Assembly: GCF_006345805.1 (NCBI RefSeq)
Contig: NC_043011.1
Coordinates: 30,888,464 to 30,952,463, forward strand
Direction of reading: 5' to 3'
Length of the DNA: 64,000 bases
From: Octopus sinensis
Taxonomy: Eukaryota
Positions 37,900 to 52,015 of the stretch are shown here, piece by piece. The position numbers and the translations under genes are program-made. Below the pieces are notes generated by a model. That model saw only the letters and a program-made list of their open reading frames with translations, did not search any database and was not told the DNA's origin. The stretch's first letter is position 1, and every line of letters begins with the position of its first letter.

Positions 37900-40500
37900 A
37901 TCTATATCGGATCAATCGTCGCCCAGGTGAACAAGAGATTCCTTCCCAGCAATATGAGTCTGGAGGTCTCCCACAACAGAACAAGTCTTTCTAAAGGCCC
38001 TCCAAGCCCAAAACCTACAAGCACCAATGAAATCAAAAGAGAGAAATGGTCCAGAGAAGACGATAAACAGGCCTATTGGGGCTTTCTACACTGTCACGTA
38101 CCAATCAACGGACGTCTCAAACTCTGAACAAGCACTGAACAACAAAAATCTAAATGGAAAAGAATCCTAACACAAGACGGAACATAGACAGCAACAAGCG
38201 AAGAAATATTGTAAACAGAAATTGTTAACTGACGTCAACCGATAAAAGAAAATGTATAAATCAGATCTAAAGAACGAACCAGCGATTACAGCTCGCAAAT
38301 CAACAGATAAAAACTATGTCAGTCATAGAAGAACTATTTTCGCAGGAAGATATAAACGACACGACATACAACCAGATACAACCTTGATACTCTCTCTGAT
38401 CATGTCATTGCAGATGAACATACTAAATAGACTATCAATAATTTAGAGAAAGTATATAATATAGGCAATGGACCCGAAAGAGCTCGAAGAAGAAATGATC
38501 GATGAATGGATCAAAATCCAAAACTGTAGACATGAAGGAACGCAGTGACATTCCTAAGATTCACAATAGTAAAAAATGAAAATGCAAAATAATCTGCCAG
38601 GTGAAAACAGCCCTCAAATCCAACATAAACAGCATATCGTTGAATGGCGTACACTATACTGCTGCTATAATCTACACCAAAATGTAAGACGTAAAACTGA
38701 AAAAGAGAGTGACAAAACCTTATGAAAGACCAACAGGCAAGAAAATAATGATCACAAATCAAATCAATGGTCTCTGAGCTAATATAGAAACAGAAAAACC
38801 TAAGCAACAATCAAAATATAAAACCTTCTAAGAAGAGAAAGATAGTGTAAAAGTTCGAATTAAAGTTAGAACACCAATCTGGTGGAGTGGTGAAGAAGAT
38901 AAATCAAAAAGTGAAGGCGAAACCACGCATATAGGCCACATCGAAAACAGTCCAGTTTCTTCAAAGATAACCGCATGTTTCCTAATAATCCAAAGATGTT
39001 CTACTGGCATATTGGAAAAAGCACCATCAAAATAGAAGTCCACTCACAGCATGAAATACTGGAATTCTAGAGGAAAATTTTTGTAGATGAAAAGTAGCAC
39101 AACTATGACATCCTATGGATTAATAGACAAAAAGAAGACACTGAGCTTATTGAAGAGTAAATATGGTAAGAGACAACTATACAAGTTGTCAGGCTCACAT
39201 TTAAAAAGCCATCTGCTATGGATAAGATCCCAAACTATTAGTTCATGATGTTTACAAATTCACACAAGAAACTAATTTGTTGCTACAACGCAATTATGAA
39301 AGAATCGCAGACGACACCACAATGGCTGGCCAATGGTATGATCTTCTTTCTCTCTAGAAAAATGAAACAAAACACCTAACTACTACAATCCTATAACGTG
39401 ACTTACAACAATGTACAATGCTCTTATATCTCTCTTAATAAACATACATATAATTTTCTCATTAACAACATCTTCCCTGATGATAAAAAAAAACACAGAA
39501 TGATTTTTGAATATTGTCACAACAGGAAAACATCTCTCAGTAGGCTGGATAGACTACAAGACATCCTTTGATCGTCCTCTTCACAGCTTTATAAATAAAT
39601 GCCTGGAGTTGTTCAAAATTTCACTAGTAACCAGAAAATCTTGTATTTCACACGTGAAAAAACATCATATCAGGAAAAGACATCTCTCAGTGGCATGGAT
39701 AGAGTACAAAAGACTTTTGATAGTCTTCCTCACAGCTAAATAAAAATGACGCTTTGAGATATTCAAAATTTCACCATTAATCAGGGTTTTTGTATCTCAT
39801 GCCATGGAGCTCTGTAGAAACGACATTAATTCTCAACACTGTCTCAACAAATATAAATGTAGGCTCAATATTAATCGTGCAATCTTTCAAGGAGTCTCCT
39901 TACCTCCTTTGTTATTCTACTTAGCACTAATTTTCCTCTAAGTAAACTCCTGAATGAAAGAAAGTATGGTTACAACGTGAGTGGAAAAACGGTTAATCAT
40001 CTACTTTATATGAGTGGCTTGAAACTCTTCTCAAAAAACGATCAACAAATGCAAGCACTCTTACACACAGTAGAACGATTTAGTAATGATATCAAAATGA
40101 AATTTGTGCTTGACAAATGCATTAAGGCTACATTTACCAAAACTATCAGACACATGCATCATCACCCTAGATGCACATACCGAAATAATACTTTTAAAAA
40201 TTAGAATTTTAGTGTAGTTATAAGTATCTAGGAGTGTGTGGAAGAGATTAAAAGACCAGTGCCAGTTATCAGATATGGAACTGGGATTGTGAATTGGGCA
40301 AAAAGCAAAATGCAGGAGCTTGACAGGAAAACTAGAAAGCTATGTGTGGAGCCTACCATCCGAAAGCTGTTATCAATCGGTTATACTTGAAGAGAGATTA
40401 GCAGGGAAGAGGCTAATCTGGTATAGTGATGGAACGAAAGAGCTTACCTTAGTATTTGCAGAACAGCACAGATATAACAATAAGAACTTTTCTTTATATA
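37900..40500 (+). mobile_element. Heavily decayed, near full-length R4/Dong-type LINE
   Basis: KREKWSREDDK (N-terminal motif), WIDYK..FD, NHLLYMS.LKLFSKND, YKYLG and LYL.REAGGRGL-like remnants. Confidence 0.75.
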
Positions 40501-40580
40501 TAGAATCTTTCGTTTGATTTCCACAGGAGCCGTGTTTCACACTACTCCATTAAAATTCATAACGTGTAAATCCTATAGGT

Positions 40581-40826
40581 GGAGGCGCGTGGCTTAGTGG
40601 TTAGGGTGTCAGCACCATGATCGTAAGATTGTGGTTTCGCTTCCTCGACCGGACAACGCGTTGTGTTCTTGAGCAAAACACTTCATTTCACGTTGCTCCA
40701 GTACGCTCAGCCGGCAAAAATGGGTAACGCTACGATGGACAGGCATCCTGTCCAGCTGGGGAATACATACGCCATAGAAACCGGGAAACCGGGCACATGA
40801 GCCTGGCTAGGCTTTAAAAGGGCGCA
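40581..40826 (+). mobile_element. tRNA-derived SINE (head 2, tail X)
   Basis: A box TGGCTTAGTGG; tail GAAACCGGGAAACCGGG...ATGAGCCTGGCTAGG. Confidence 0.88.
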
Positions 40827-41411
40827 TTTTATTTTTTTTATTTATTATCACATAGCATGAACCTCATTACAAGCACACATACACACACACACACCACACA
40901 CACATACACACACTTACACACACAAACTCACGAAGTGAGCCACACAGGCAAACAGAGAGAGTTATGTGAAAGTAATTTGAAATTAGTTGCCCATTGATAA
41001 CTGCATTATTAAATACAGTTAAGTGCAATAATAAGCTTCTTTGATGAGATGTTTTAATGTGTGCGTTTATTTACTGAGGATTCAATTATGACGTTAGTCT
41101 ATCACTTCCCAGCTATATTTTTCACTCTTGGAGTTGACGCGGTGGTAATTAAAACTTGCAATGCAGTGATGCGAAGAATCGTTCGACTAACAATATATTT
41201 AGCCACTTCAGTAGCTGCCCGTAATAACTAAATTTATACGGACTGGTGATATGACTTAACTTTTCTGTAACAATGTTCTTAGCCATTATCTAAGTTTATA
41301 CTATTGCTAGACTAAGTATTTGAAGTGTCAACATTTCTTTGGATTAGGAACTATTTTTAATCCTAAATCTAAATTGTGTAAACTTTCTTTACCAATTAAT
41401 ATTTGGTCTTT

Positions 41412-41805
41412 GTGGAGGTGCAATGGCCCAGTGGTTAGGGCAGCGGACTCGCGGTCATAGGATCGCGGTTTCGATTCCCAGACCGGGCGTTGTGAGTGTT
41501 TATTGAGCGAAAACACCTAAAAAAGCTCCACGAGGCTCCGGCAGGGGATGGTGGTGACCCCTGCTGTACTCTTTCACCACAACTTTCTCTCACTCTTACT
41601 TCCTGTTTCTGTTGTACCTGTATTTCAAGGGGCCGGCCTTGTCACTCTCTGTGTCACGCTGAATATCCCCGAGAACTACGTTAAGGGTACACGTGTCTGT
41701 GGAGTGCTCAGCCACTTACACGTTAATTTCACGAGCAGGCTGTTCCGTTGATTCGGATCAACCGGAACCCTCGTCGTCGTAACCGACGGAGTGCTTCCAA
41801 AAAGA
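41412..41805 (+). mobile_element. tRNA-derived SINE (head 1, tail Y) with 11-bp TSD
   Basis: TSD ATTTGGTCTTT at 41401-41411 and 41806-41816; A box TGGCCCAGTGG, B box GGTTTCGATTCC. Confidence 0.92.
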
Positions 41806-42110
41806 ATTTGGTCTTTAGATGAAATGCTCTCCGGAAGCCGTAGAAATAATTAGAACTGTAATATTTTATATAAACATAATGCAAGCGCTTAATGATTCCT
41901 AAACCAAACATTTTAACGGCCGTTCCTAATGAGTAGAGCAAAGTACAAGAGACACTGGCCACGAAACCTCGTATGCATGCATACCTATTTACATATTCGT
42001 ATCTATACATGTATGAGTAAACATAAAATAGTTTAGGCAAAACAAAAAGTGAAGATCGAGCAGCCAAAGCTGAGATATATGGAGAGCTAAGAGGAAGGAA
42101 GAGAAAAAAG

Positions 42111-42318
42111 AAGCACACCGGGCGAAATGCGTAGCCGTATTTCGTCTGCCGTTACGTTCTGAGTTCAAATTCCGCCGAGGTCGACTTTGCCTTTCATCCT
42201 TTCGGGGTCGATAAATTAAGTACCAGTTTCGCACTGGGTCGATGTAATCGACTTAATCCCTTTGTCTGTCCTTGTTTGTCCCCTCTATGTTTAGCCCCTT
42301 GTGGGTAGTAAAGAAATA
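42111..42318 (+). mobile_element. SINE (GAGTTCAAATTCC family)
   Basis: Homologous to 5853-6020 and to the fragment at 48535-48580. Confidence 0.85.
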
Positions 42319-44125
42319 TATATACTAGGATATATTTTGTATCAAATGTCTATGTGTGTGTGAGATAATGTGTTGCTCTGATCCTGTAAACTCATTATCA
42401 AAGACAACCAAGCTTTGATCATGCTACCCTTTTCTGGGAATTTTGTAACCTGAACTCCCTTATTTTATTTAACTTCATGTTGTCCACTTATCCTCACTTT
42501 CTCTCTCTTCTTCTAAGCTCAATTTTTGCTTTTGTTTTTGTTTTTGTTTAGTTTCATACATGAAAAAAGTAATAAATAATCATAAAAATATGTCACACAA
42601 ACAGCTAAAACCACTATTTTACCCATTCAACCAACTTGTTTCAAATCCTACGCACTCTGCAGAAAATATATATCAGATATATTTTTTTCATCAGATCCAT
42701 TTTGATCCCCAACATAAACATCCGGTCTTTTCATTAAGAAGATATTAGACTGTGTTTTGAGGGAAAATTGTTTGCTATTTCAAGCAGATTGAGGGACCAG
42801 GCACAAGCATCAACATTGGGTGTATATTTTTACCTGTCATTGCTGTATTTAAAAGATTAGACAAATCCATGTAAAATCCATGTAAAAACTTTTAATTCCA
42901 TGTAAAGACATGTAAGGCATTGATAGCAACCCTTCATTGCACAAATAATTTTTTTTTCTTTGCTTATATATATACAAATAGTCCGTGAGGTTTATCCGAA
43001 GATTGGGTTTCTATGTCACTAGTCTCTTCAGAATTTTCTGCATTATACCGCTTCAAACAACAGCCATATTGATCCAAATGACCTTTCGTTCAAATTCTGT
43101 TTTCTTTAAGTCTAAACTTATCCAATTGAACTTTTAACCGACTAAACAATTTCAGAAACTAAATTAAACAAATTAAATTGTTTTAATTTTATAATAATGC
43201 AATGACTATCAATAAATCACAAAGGTAGACATTTGATAAAGTGGGACTGTACTTGCCTGAACCTGTATTCAGCTATGGTCAGCTATATGTTGCATTCTCA
43301 AGGGCTCGCAAATTATCTGATGTGAGCATTGAAGTTATCAACACTGACAGACAAAGAAAAAGAAGATGGAGAACTTACACGAATATAGTCTGCAAAGAAG
43401 TATTGGATTGAAATGTTTAGGCAAGTTGAAATATGTATTGGCTCTGACCCATCGCCCTGGCTTATAAATTACCAACGATGTGGTGTTCACAGTATGTAAT
43501 GTTGCATTAAATGTGAAATTGTTACCCCGCTATATTTAAAAAGGAAAATAATTTATTTTTTTTTACTATGAAATGTTTGTTTTCTAGGGATGAAATTGTG
43601 ACCATGTAAATTTCAAAATGAAATTTTTTTCTCTTTACGGGGAAAATATAAAAATAAGAGTGAACATTTATATAATACGTTCTGTGTATTAAGTCTATAA
43701 AATTGTGCATAAAGTATGTAAAATATTTATATAAAGTTCATTAAGTAATCATCGTATTCCAATTTCCTTCGCTTTTCAATGAATAGCAGATGAGCGACTA
43801 TCTTTTGATATAGAGACAAAACACAGGCTACACTTTCAGGTATTTTGGATAAAGTTTTCAGAAATCGCCTAATAGGTTTACTATTAATTCCGTAAAATAT
43901 TCATGGGACCCGCTAGTTCATAATTACTTAACTTGGATTCACTTTTAACAGAAGTGATAATGTCATGATTGCACACAAGAATGTAGGGTAGAGAAACGAT
44001 GCATGATAGGGAATCTATTCTAGTGAGAAGAAATAAAGTATATCTTAGTTAACTAATATTTTAAAGAGGGTTTTTGTATCAATCTCAACACGCCTTTCAA
44101 TTTAAACTATATACAAATAAATGTG

Positions 44126-44416
44126 AAGGCGCGTAGTTTAGTGGTTAGCGTATTCGACTCATGGTCGTGTGGTCGATTCCCGGTACAGCGTTTTGTCCTT
44201 GAGCAAAGAGATGAATAGTACTTGTAATTCAACAGCACAGCCTTGTCAGATTCTGGGTCACGCTGAATATCCCTGAGAACTACGTATAAGGGTACACTTA
44301 TCTCAGGATTGCTCAGCCATTTTCAGGTTAGTTTAATTTCACGAGCAGGCTGTTCTGCTGGTCGATTCAACTGGAACACACGTCGTCGTAACCGACGGAG
44401 TACCAGTTATGCATAG
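44126..44416 (+). mobile_element. tRNA-derived SINE (head 2, tail Y) with 15-bp TSD
   Basis: TSD ATACAAATAAATGTG at 44111-44125 and 44417-44431. Confidence 0.92.
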
Positions 44417-44831
44417 ATACAAATAAATGTGCAAAAAAAGCTTTCACACGCGCGCGAGCACACAACCATTTGTAAATTGTTTAGATATAATTCACCATTA
44501 TATAAATTACGTAATTATACACTTAGATATTATTTGACTGGTTTTGAGTTGACATTTAATCTTTTTGACCTCAACTATATTCCGGGAATCGGTTAAAATT
44601 TTCCACAAATTCTACGTACATATAAACATAATGCACGCTGCCCTGTCTTCATCACTCTACGCTGAACAATCAACTGTGCAGGTACTGTGCTTTATTCGTT
44701 CACATTATTTTTTCCCTTATCTTATTTTTTATTCATCATTCATGAAAATCAAAGGAAGAGTCCCTGCATGTTTTTGTGATATTTTCTTTTCCCTCTCCCT
44801 CTCAACCTATCTTTCTCTTTCTCTCTCTCGT

Positions 44832-44882
<51 letters not shown>

Positions 44883-45642
44883 ACTTTCTAGTTATCTCTA
44901 TCTCTATCTATATCTATCTCTCATAACTTATGCAAATCTCCTATGATCGCTTCAAAAATTTCGGTGCATTCACCCATATCGTGTATTGCTTTAATTTATC
45001 CCACGCATTCTCAACATTGTCAGTAATACAATATGCTAGCCGAACACACGATTACCAGAAGCTGAATGAGTCGTTTGTATCACTGAAAGTCTTCAGTCAC
45101 CGGATTAGCGAACAAATTTGCTGCACTTCGCGGTGGTCGTCATTAGAAACAGGTTATGCAACAATCAAATGACAAATGAGAACAGAATGCATTAATTTTA
45201 GTAAAAAGCTCTAACACCACAGAAAAACTGATTGGTGAAAGACCTAGTCGACAGGCGTAAATAGGCCCCTTGGAAAGGCACTGTACACAAAGTTTCAAAT
45301 ATCAAGAGCGATGAGAAACACGAAAATTACGTTGCTAATACTAAGGTATAATTAAACACAAAGGAACGAAAATCATTAAATGTTTCCTGAGGACTTTGTG
45401 GGTTTGACAACAATCCTTATATTCAATCTGTTTTAATCTATTACGATGTTATTATAATTTCTTGTGTATATTAATCATGTAGAGTGCTATTTCATTTGTT
45501 TTCGAAAAATTCAGCATCATATAATCTGCAACTTATTAATTGGATGGATTACGAAGAGAGACATTCATTAAAATTAAAAATTCAATTATTTACCATCTGG
45601 AAGCAATTTATGGAATGTTTTGTTTTTCTTCTTCATAGAACC

Positions 45643-47357
45643 TTGATAGTTTAGCAATCGAGGAAAACAGAGAAGGTCCTTAGTGCATGCGTACAGAATA
45701 ATAGCCATTTCTAGAGTAATAGGGTCTCTCTCGTGAAAATATATTAAAGTTGCAAATATTTTCAACATCATTTTGATTTCACCTGCATTTTTCGGTATAT
45801 TCTCTGAAGCTTAGACCTCGTTTCTATATATTTTTACTAGGTTAGTTAAACTCTGCGTTTATATATATATATTTCTGTTATTATATGCCCGTAACATTCT
45901 TTCATTCTCTCACAAGACTCTCTTTAGAGAAAAATATTACATTATCTCAAGTGATGTATTGCTTTTGCTTGATATTATGCCTTTAAAACATTGTCAGTAA
46001 AAGATGGCTATAACTTTCAGTAATGCGAATAAAGTTGCGGTAATTAATAAAATTTAACTCAATTTAACCCGACAGATTTCTCTCTATTATTATCCTGAAA
46101 CTGTGCAAGAATCAATTTGCGTCTTCTCCTGTCCATCTCTGGGGGAATTCTCTGGATCCATGCCTTATTCTGAGCGTTTTCTGTCCCACTGTGTTGTCTC
46201 TGTTTTTAAGAGGGAAATAAGTTACCCACAGTGAATTACAGCCTAATCTACTAAACACTCGTATTGTTAAAGAATTCGAGAAGCCGGTGAGATCGAACAT
46301 AGCTTTCTTCCTGGAAAAAAATCAATTCCTTGATCTCAACATGGTTTTCATAATAGTCGGAACTGTCTAACACAACTCCTCCATCACGTTGATGGCTCTC
46401 TAAAAGCTTTAGGATGGGGCTACAGTACAGATGTTATTTATTTTGATTTCAGTCAAGTTTTTCACAGTCTATCACAGAATTCCGCTGAAGAAATTATCCA
46501 CCTTTAGAGTCCGTGATAAGCTACAGCAGTGGATGAAATATTTTCTAACAAATAGGACTCGATATTTTGTGGCTCATGCAATTTAAACAAGAGTAATAAT
46601 TAGTGGTGTTCCCCAGGGTATTATGTTAGGCCCACTTCCGTTTAATGTTTACATAAACAACTTGAAAATGCCAGCAAGCAAAAGTAAAGAATAATCTTAG
46701 AAACTGGGCTGAAACAGTGACAGAAAACGTTCAGGAATAAGGCCTGGATCCAGTGAATTCTCCTAGAGATGGACAGGAGAAGACGCAAATTGATTCTTGC
46801 ACAGTTTCAGGATAATAATAGAGAGAAATCTGTCGGGTTAATTTGAGTTAAATTTTATTAATTACCACAACTTTATCCGCATTACTGAAAGTTATAGCCA
46901 TCTTTTATTGACAATGTTTTAAAGGCATAATATTAAGCAAAGCAATACGTCACTTGAGATAACGTAATACTTTTCTTTAAGAGAGTCTTGTGAGAGAATG
47001 ATAGAATGTTACGGGCATATAATAACAGAAATATATATAAACGCAGAGTTTAACTAACCTAGTAAAAATATATAGAAACGAGGTTTACGCTTCAGAGAAT
47101 ATACCGAAACATTTTCATATAATAACAGAAATATATATAAACGAAGACTTTAACTAACCTTGTAAAAATATATAAAATCGAGGTCTACGCTTCAGAGAAT
47201 ATACCGAAAAATGTAGGAGAAATCAAAGTGATGTTGAAATTATTTGCAACTGTAATATATTTTCACGAGAGAGAACGCTATTACTCTAGAAACGGCTATT
47301 ATTCTGTACGCATGCACTAATGACGTTCTCTGTTTTCCTCGATTTCTAAACTATCAA
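45643..47357. repeat. Large inverted duplication (arms 45643-46192 and 46714-47357)
   Basis: Arms align in reverse end to end. The right arm carries an extra internal tandem duplication at ~47110-47200. The spacer is ~520 bp. Confidence 0.92.
46215..46665 (+). mobile_element. Decayed CR1-type RT fragment
   Basis: QHGF..SRNCLTQL, DVIYFDFS, and GVPQG..LGP remnants. Confidence 0.75.
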
Positions 47358-47948
47358 GCAAAAGAAAAGAATAATCTTTTCATTTTCTTCATCGTCATCC
47401 CCGTTAACACGCTCCAGATATTTCTGGAGGTGTGTCAGCGTTGGTGTGTGCCTGTGCATCTGTAACGAGTATTAGTAAGTGATCACAAAAAAATTGCTTA
47501 ATGTTCTGCAAGACATTATCAAGATGATATGTCATAAAACAGAGCTTCAATCCGATCTATACGTCGTGACGCGGTGAGTGAAAATGGTGTTAAACAACAA
47601 AACATTATTAGAGTTGAAGCACACAAATTGATCACAAAAAAATAGCTTAATGTTGAGCAAGCCTTGAATTTTGGAATCACATAAAAAAACTCAAACCTTA
47701 TTTTTGCTAAGCCATCGTAGATGTTACATAACTTGTACAAGGTGGAAAATATTCAATCAATATTGTCCAAACAATGCCTGTATCAAGTTCTCAAGCCACC
47801 TATGACTTGAATTTGGAGTCATACGCCGACTACAAAAATCGTACTCGTTTCATAAAAAAAAACTTGAGAAAAACCTATTTCTTACATGAACGAGTTACCA
47901 GGAAAATATGTTAGCCTCGTAAGCTTTACGCTCATTTTTACGAAAAAG

Positions 47949-48283
47949 GGATCTTTTCTTTTTGATGGACGGAATTTTCTAGTTAACTAAAAAATTTGAA
48001 ACTTCGTATACTGGTAGAATGTGTCAAAAGAAAACATTATTGTAAACAAAATTGAAAACAAATTTGTAATTCGTAACATTAACGTAGTTTAATTCTTCGA
48101 ATTTTAACCAATGAAATCCCAGCATCTTTGAATTTTAACCAATGAAATCCGAGCATTTGAGCTCAAATCATTTGCTGTGTTATCGATATTGATAAAGAAA
48201 CATAGCAGACGCATGCCGCACACACACACACACACATATTCAGATATATACACACGTACACTTGCACACACACACACACTCTG

Positions 48284-48350
<67 letters not shown>

Positions 48351-49099
48351 CACATGCATTTACATTTGCACAAGCACATAGTAATTAATATATAAGCGTA
48401 CACACACATACAAACGGAGATATACATACACACACATACGCACACAAGCATACATACACGTTCGTGAGTTGCCCCTTGCCGCAACAAATTTACACAAAAG
48501 GTAAATAAACCAGAAGGGGGGGGGCAATGTTTCATCGTTTCGGGGTCGATAAATTAAGTACCAATTACGCACTGGTGTCGAGGATTTTTTTCCCCAATTT
48601 ATATCACAGCCTCCGACAAGCTGGGGCATCCTTTTATGAAAAAATATTTCGAAATTTTTTAGACCGCTTTAGGCATATTATTGTTTTGCTTTTGTTGTTT
48701 CTGGCCCTTCAAAACCATGGGAGAAGCATTTTCGGTAAAAAAAAAAATTAAGAAAATATTCAAAATATATCGTTAATATTGTTATTGGGCGACGAAATTC
48801 ATCGATTTAAGAGATATAGCTGTTATTTCTAGCACATGTAGAAGACAGAAGACAGAAGAGAGAAAAGATGAATAAGACGTGTGTGTGTGAGTTTTTAGAC
48901 GCAGAAAATGGTTTGAGCTCTAATGCTAGGATTTCATTAGTTAAAATTCGTAGAATTAAACTACGTTAAAGTTACGAATTACAATTTTGTTTTCAATTTT
49001 GTTTACAATAATGTTTTCTTTTGACACATTCTACCAGTATACGAAGTTTCCAATTTTTTAGTTAACTAGAAAATTCCGTCCATCAAAAAGAAAAGATCC
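47949..49099. mobile_element. Non-autonomous DNA transposon with ~190-bp TIRs and 8-bp TSD
   Basis: Termini GGATCTTTTC...GAAAAGATCC; TSD CGAAAAAG at 47941-47948 and 49100-49107; non-coding interior. Confidence 0.88.
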
Positions 49100-49357
49100 C
49101 GAAAAAGAAATACTTATAATGATAGTAAGGATTTCTGAGATCAGATAGAAAATAAAAACGATTTGGACACATTCGATAGTTGTCTTCTCTCTCCAAAGGT
49201 TTATGTTTTACTACCCGCCCCACATCTATTTCCCGCCCTTTCCTGCCGTTCCCAACCCAGAATAAAGACAATTACCTAGATTAGGGGTTCTACACTAAAA
49301 TATTGTTAAAGATAATTCTTTGCATCTACATTTTTTAATGACATGGCTTAATGCAGA

Positions 49358-49394
<37 letters not shown>

Positions 49395-49429
49395 TTCTCT
49401 GTTCAATATTATCTTGGAAACGTTTACAA

Positions 49430-50430
49430 GTCTGGAACCACCTTCCCAAATTTTCAAATCCTACAGGTTTTCACAAAAATAACCACAGACCTTAAATCAA
49501 ATGTTCTCGCTGGGTTCGATAGTAAAATACCCACCTTAAGCCTTTAAAATGAGCCCGCCATACTTGTTTGCCACCCTTCTTTGCCAAAAGAAGATGCCGT
49601 TATAATTCTAGCTATAAAGTCGGCTGATAGGCGAACTCGTCGTGCACGTGACAGTAAGTGTTCCACATAAAACCGCATGTTACTAATGCACAGACCCTAA
49701 GTAATTGGGTGCAGGACCGTTTCGTGCTGATTCGGGTTTTGGCACTTCCATGCTTTGTCTCAAGCAGGTAATGCCTTATTTGTGGTAATTGTTATGGATT
49801 TTTTTTTAATGTTTCCCATAGCCCTCGACTTAAAAGTTCTCCAGTAAAGGCTCCTGAGATTGTTGTCTTCACACAAAGCAGTTGTCAGATTATCATCTCT
49901 CATACCTTCCACTAGCACTCTATCAAAAACAACACCATTTTTTTTTTTTACCGTTGACGGTGTTGTCCTGTTGACAGAATGCTTTGGGCGCCTGGCAACA
50001 TTCTATACGCCAAACACCTAAAATTGATCTAAGCTCGACCCAAGATTCAAGCTTCAGCAGATGTGTCACATGAATGACATCTAAAGTAGCTCCCCTTCAT
50101 TTTCTTCATCGTCATCCCCGTTAACACGCTCCACATATTTCTGGAGGTGTGTCAGCGTTGGTGTGTGCCTGCGCATCTGTAACGACAGCCACAAAGAGGG
50201 TGTTGGAAGTAGATAACTAATGGAACCTATCGAGTCAGATGTTTCTTGAGACAAGGTGCGACGGTGTTGTACGTGTCACTGTCTACCGCTCAATCTATCA
50301 AGCGCATTTCTTCTCGGCCCATTTTCTAAGCAAGAATGGCCACACTGTTCACAAACTCTTGTCGGTTCTTATTTTCATTTGGAGGTCCCATCCGAACTAG
50401 CCAGCAAGCGTCTTAACATCATCGGGAAAA
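49430..50430 (-). mobile_element. Third, more diverged copy of the old Tx1 fragment
   Basis: GGCACTTCCATGCTT at 49741 matches 16821 and 31720; 50240-50400 aligns to 60710-60890. Confidence 0.7.
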
Positions 50431-50772
50431 TCGTTGGTTGACGAAGCTTAACATCGAGAAAGGCATATTTCAGGGTGATAGTCTGTCGCCATTGCTGTTT
50501 GTGATTTGTATGATACCCCTCACACAGATACTACGGAAAATGACACTTGAAAAGTGGAGAAAAAAATTAAATCACCTGGATGACTTGAAGATCTTCGGTA
50601 AGAGTGAGCGTGAAATAAATGGTCTGGTTTCAACAGTGCAGATATTCAGTAAGGATATCGAAATGGAATTTGGGATTAATAGGTGTGGTATACTTCTCAT
50701 AAAAGTAGTGTCATCTGATGGTGTAGAACTACCCAACAGCAAGAGAATCAAGGATGTTGAGAGTGAAGGATA

Positions 50773-51095
50773 TAAGTTAAGTAAAGTTAAGTTAATTTTT
50801 TGGTTCAAAAAGCAAAAAGCAAGGCCATGTAGGGGGACATGGAGTTATGTACAGGGTGGTGTTCATGCAAAGAGTTCAGGCCATTTCTGGTCAAGAGAGA
50901 CTTTGAACCGAGCGGTCGTCGGCATCTTCACTATCTCGTCCGGCAGCTTATTCCACGGATCCGCAACCCGGACGGAGAAAGCCCCTCTCCTTCGATTAAA
51001 ATCGTCGCAGATAGAGATTTTCGGAGTGACCCCGCAGCCGACGCTCTGGAGCAGGAGTGAAGAACAGCTCTTTCGAGAGGTTACACTTTCCGCTT
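50773..51095 (-). mobile_element. CR1 3'-terminal fragment with a (TAACT)-like tail
   Basis: Minus strand RLRGHS.NLYLRRF..., FSVRVADPWNKLP; it splits the host EGYK/YLG motif. Confidence 0.8.
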
Positions 51096-52015
51096 AGGGT
51101 ATCTTGGAGTATGACAAAATCAAGAAGTGAGATGAAATAAAGTTTTAGGCGAGAATACCTCAGAAGAATCAAATAAGGTATAGAAAGTACACTCACTTGA
51201 ATGAATAAGATCAGAGCAATAAATACGTGGGGTATTAACTTAATGAGATATGGCGCAGGTGTTATTAGGTGTACAAAGAACGATCTTGGAGAAATGGATA
51301 GAAAAACTAGGGAAGTGATGAAAAGGAACAAGGAACTCCACCCTAAAAACGATACCAATAGACTGCATGTGCCTAGGTACATGGGAGGAAGAGGCCTCAC
51401 AGGGTACAAGATTTGAGTGTGATGATAACGCCAAATAGCATATTGAAATGTGCTTGCCGCTGTTTGAAATAGCAACAAGATACCTACTGAAAATGTGATG
51501 TATGCAAAGACATTTAAGAAACAAGATGAAGAACAATTAGTAAGCAACTAGAAAATGAAAACAATGCATGAGCAATACCTCAGAGAAATCGAAGGGAAAG
51601 ACAAGACCACCCCTTTGTAGGATGTGTGGCAGCAAAAACGAAAGAATCATATATGTCGTGAGTGAGTGTAGCAAACTGGCCCAGAAGGAATACGAAATGA
51701 GGCAGGATAACGTGGCTAAGTTTGTTCACTGAAGATTGTAGCAGAAGTACGGAAATGGTACGAACATAAACCTGGAGGCGTCATTGGGGATAATAAATAT
51801 AAGATTTTGTGGGATTTTACAATTTAATGTGACTAATCAACTGATGCTCAGAGACCAGACATTGTTGTGGTGCAAACAAAGGTTATGGATTGTTGTAGAA
51901 GGAAACAAAGCCATACATGGGGACGCACGTGTGGGTGATAAAAAATTGGAAAAGGTGGAAAAATACAAGTTACTATAAGACAAAATTGCAAGAACATGCA
52001 TTTTGAAGAGACAGT

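Noticed and set aside
37720-37900. HDV-like ribozyme at the 5' end of the decayed Dong element
   Set aside because: Expected by analogy with R2/R4 elements, but I could not build the nested double pseudoknot by eye.
47470-47935. Possible transposase remnant with a short direct repeat (GATCACAAAAAAAT.GCTTAATGTT twice)
   Set aside because: No convincing DDE motifs in any frame; left unclassified.
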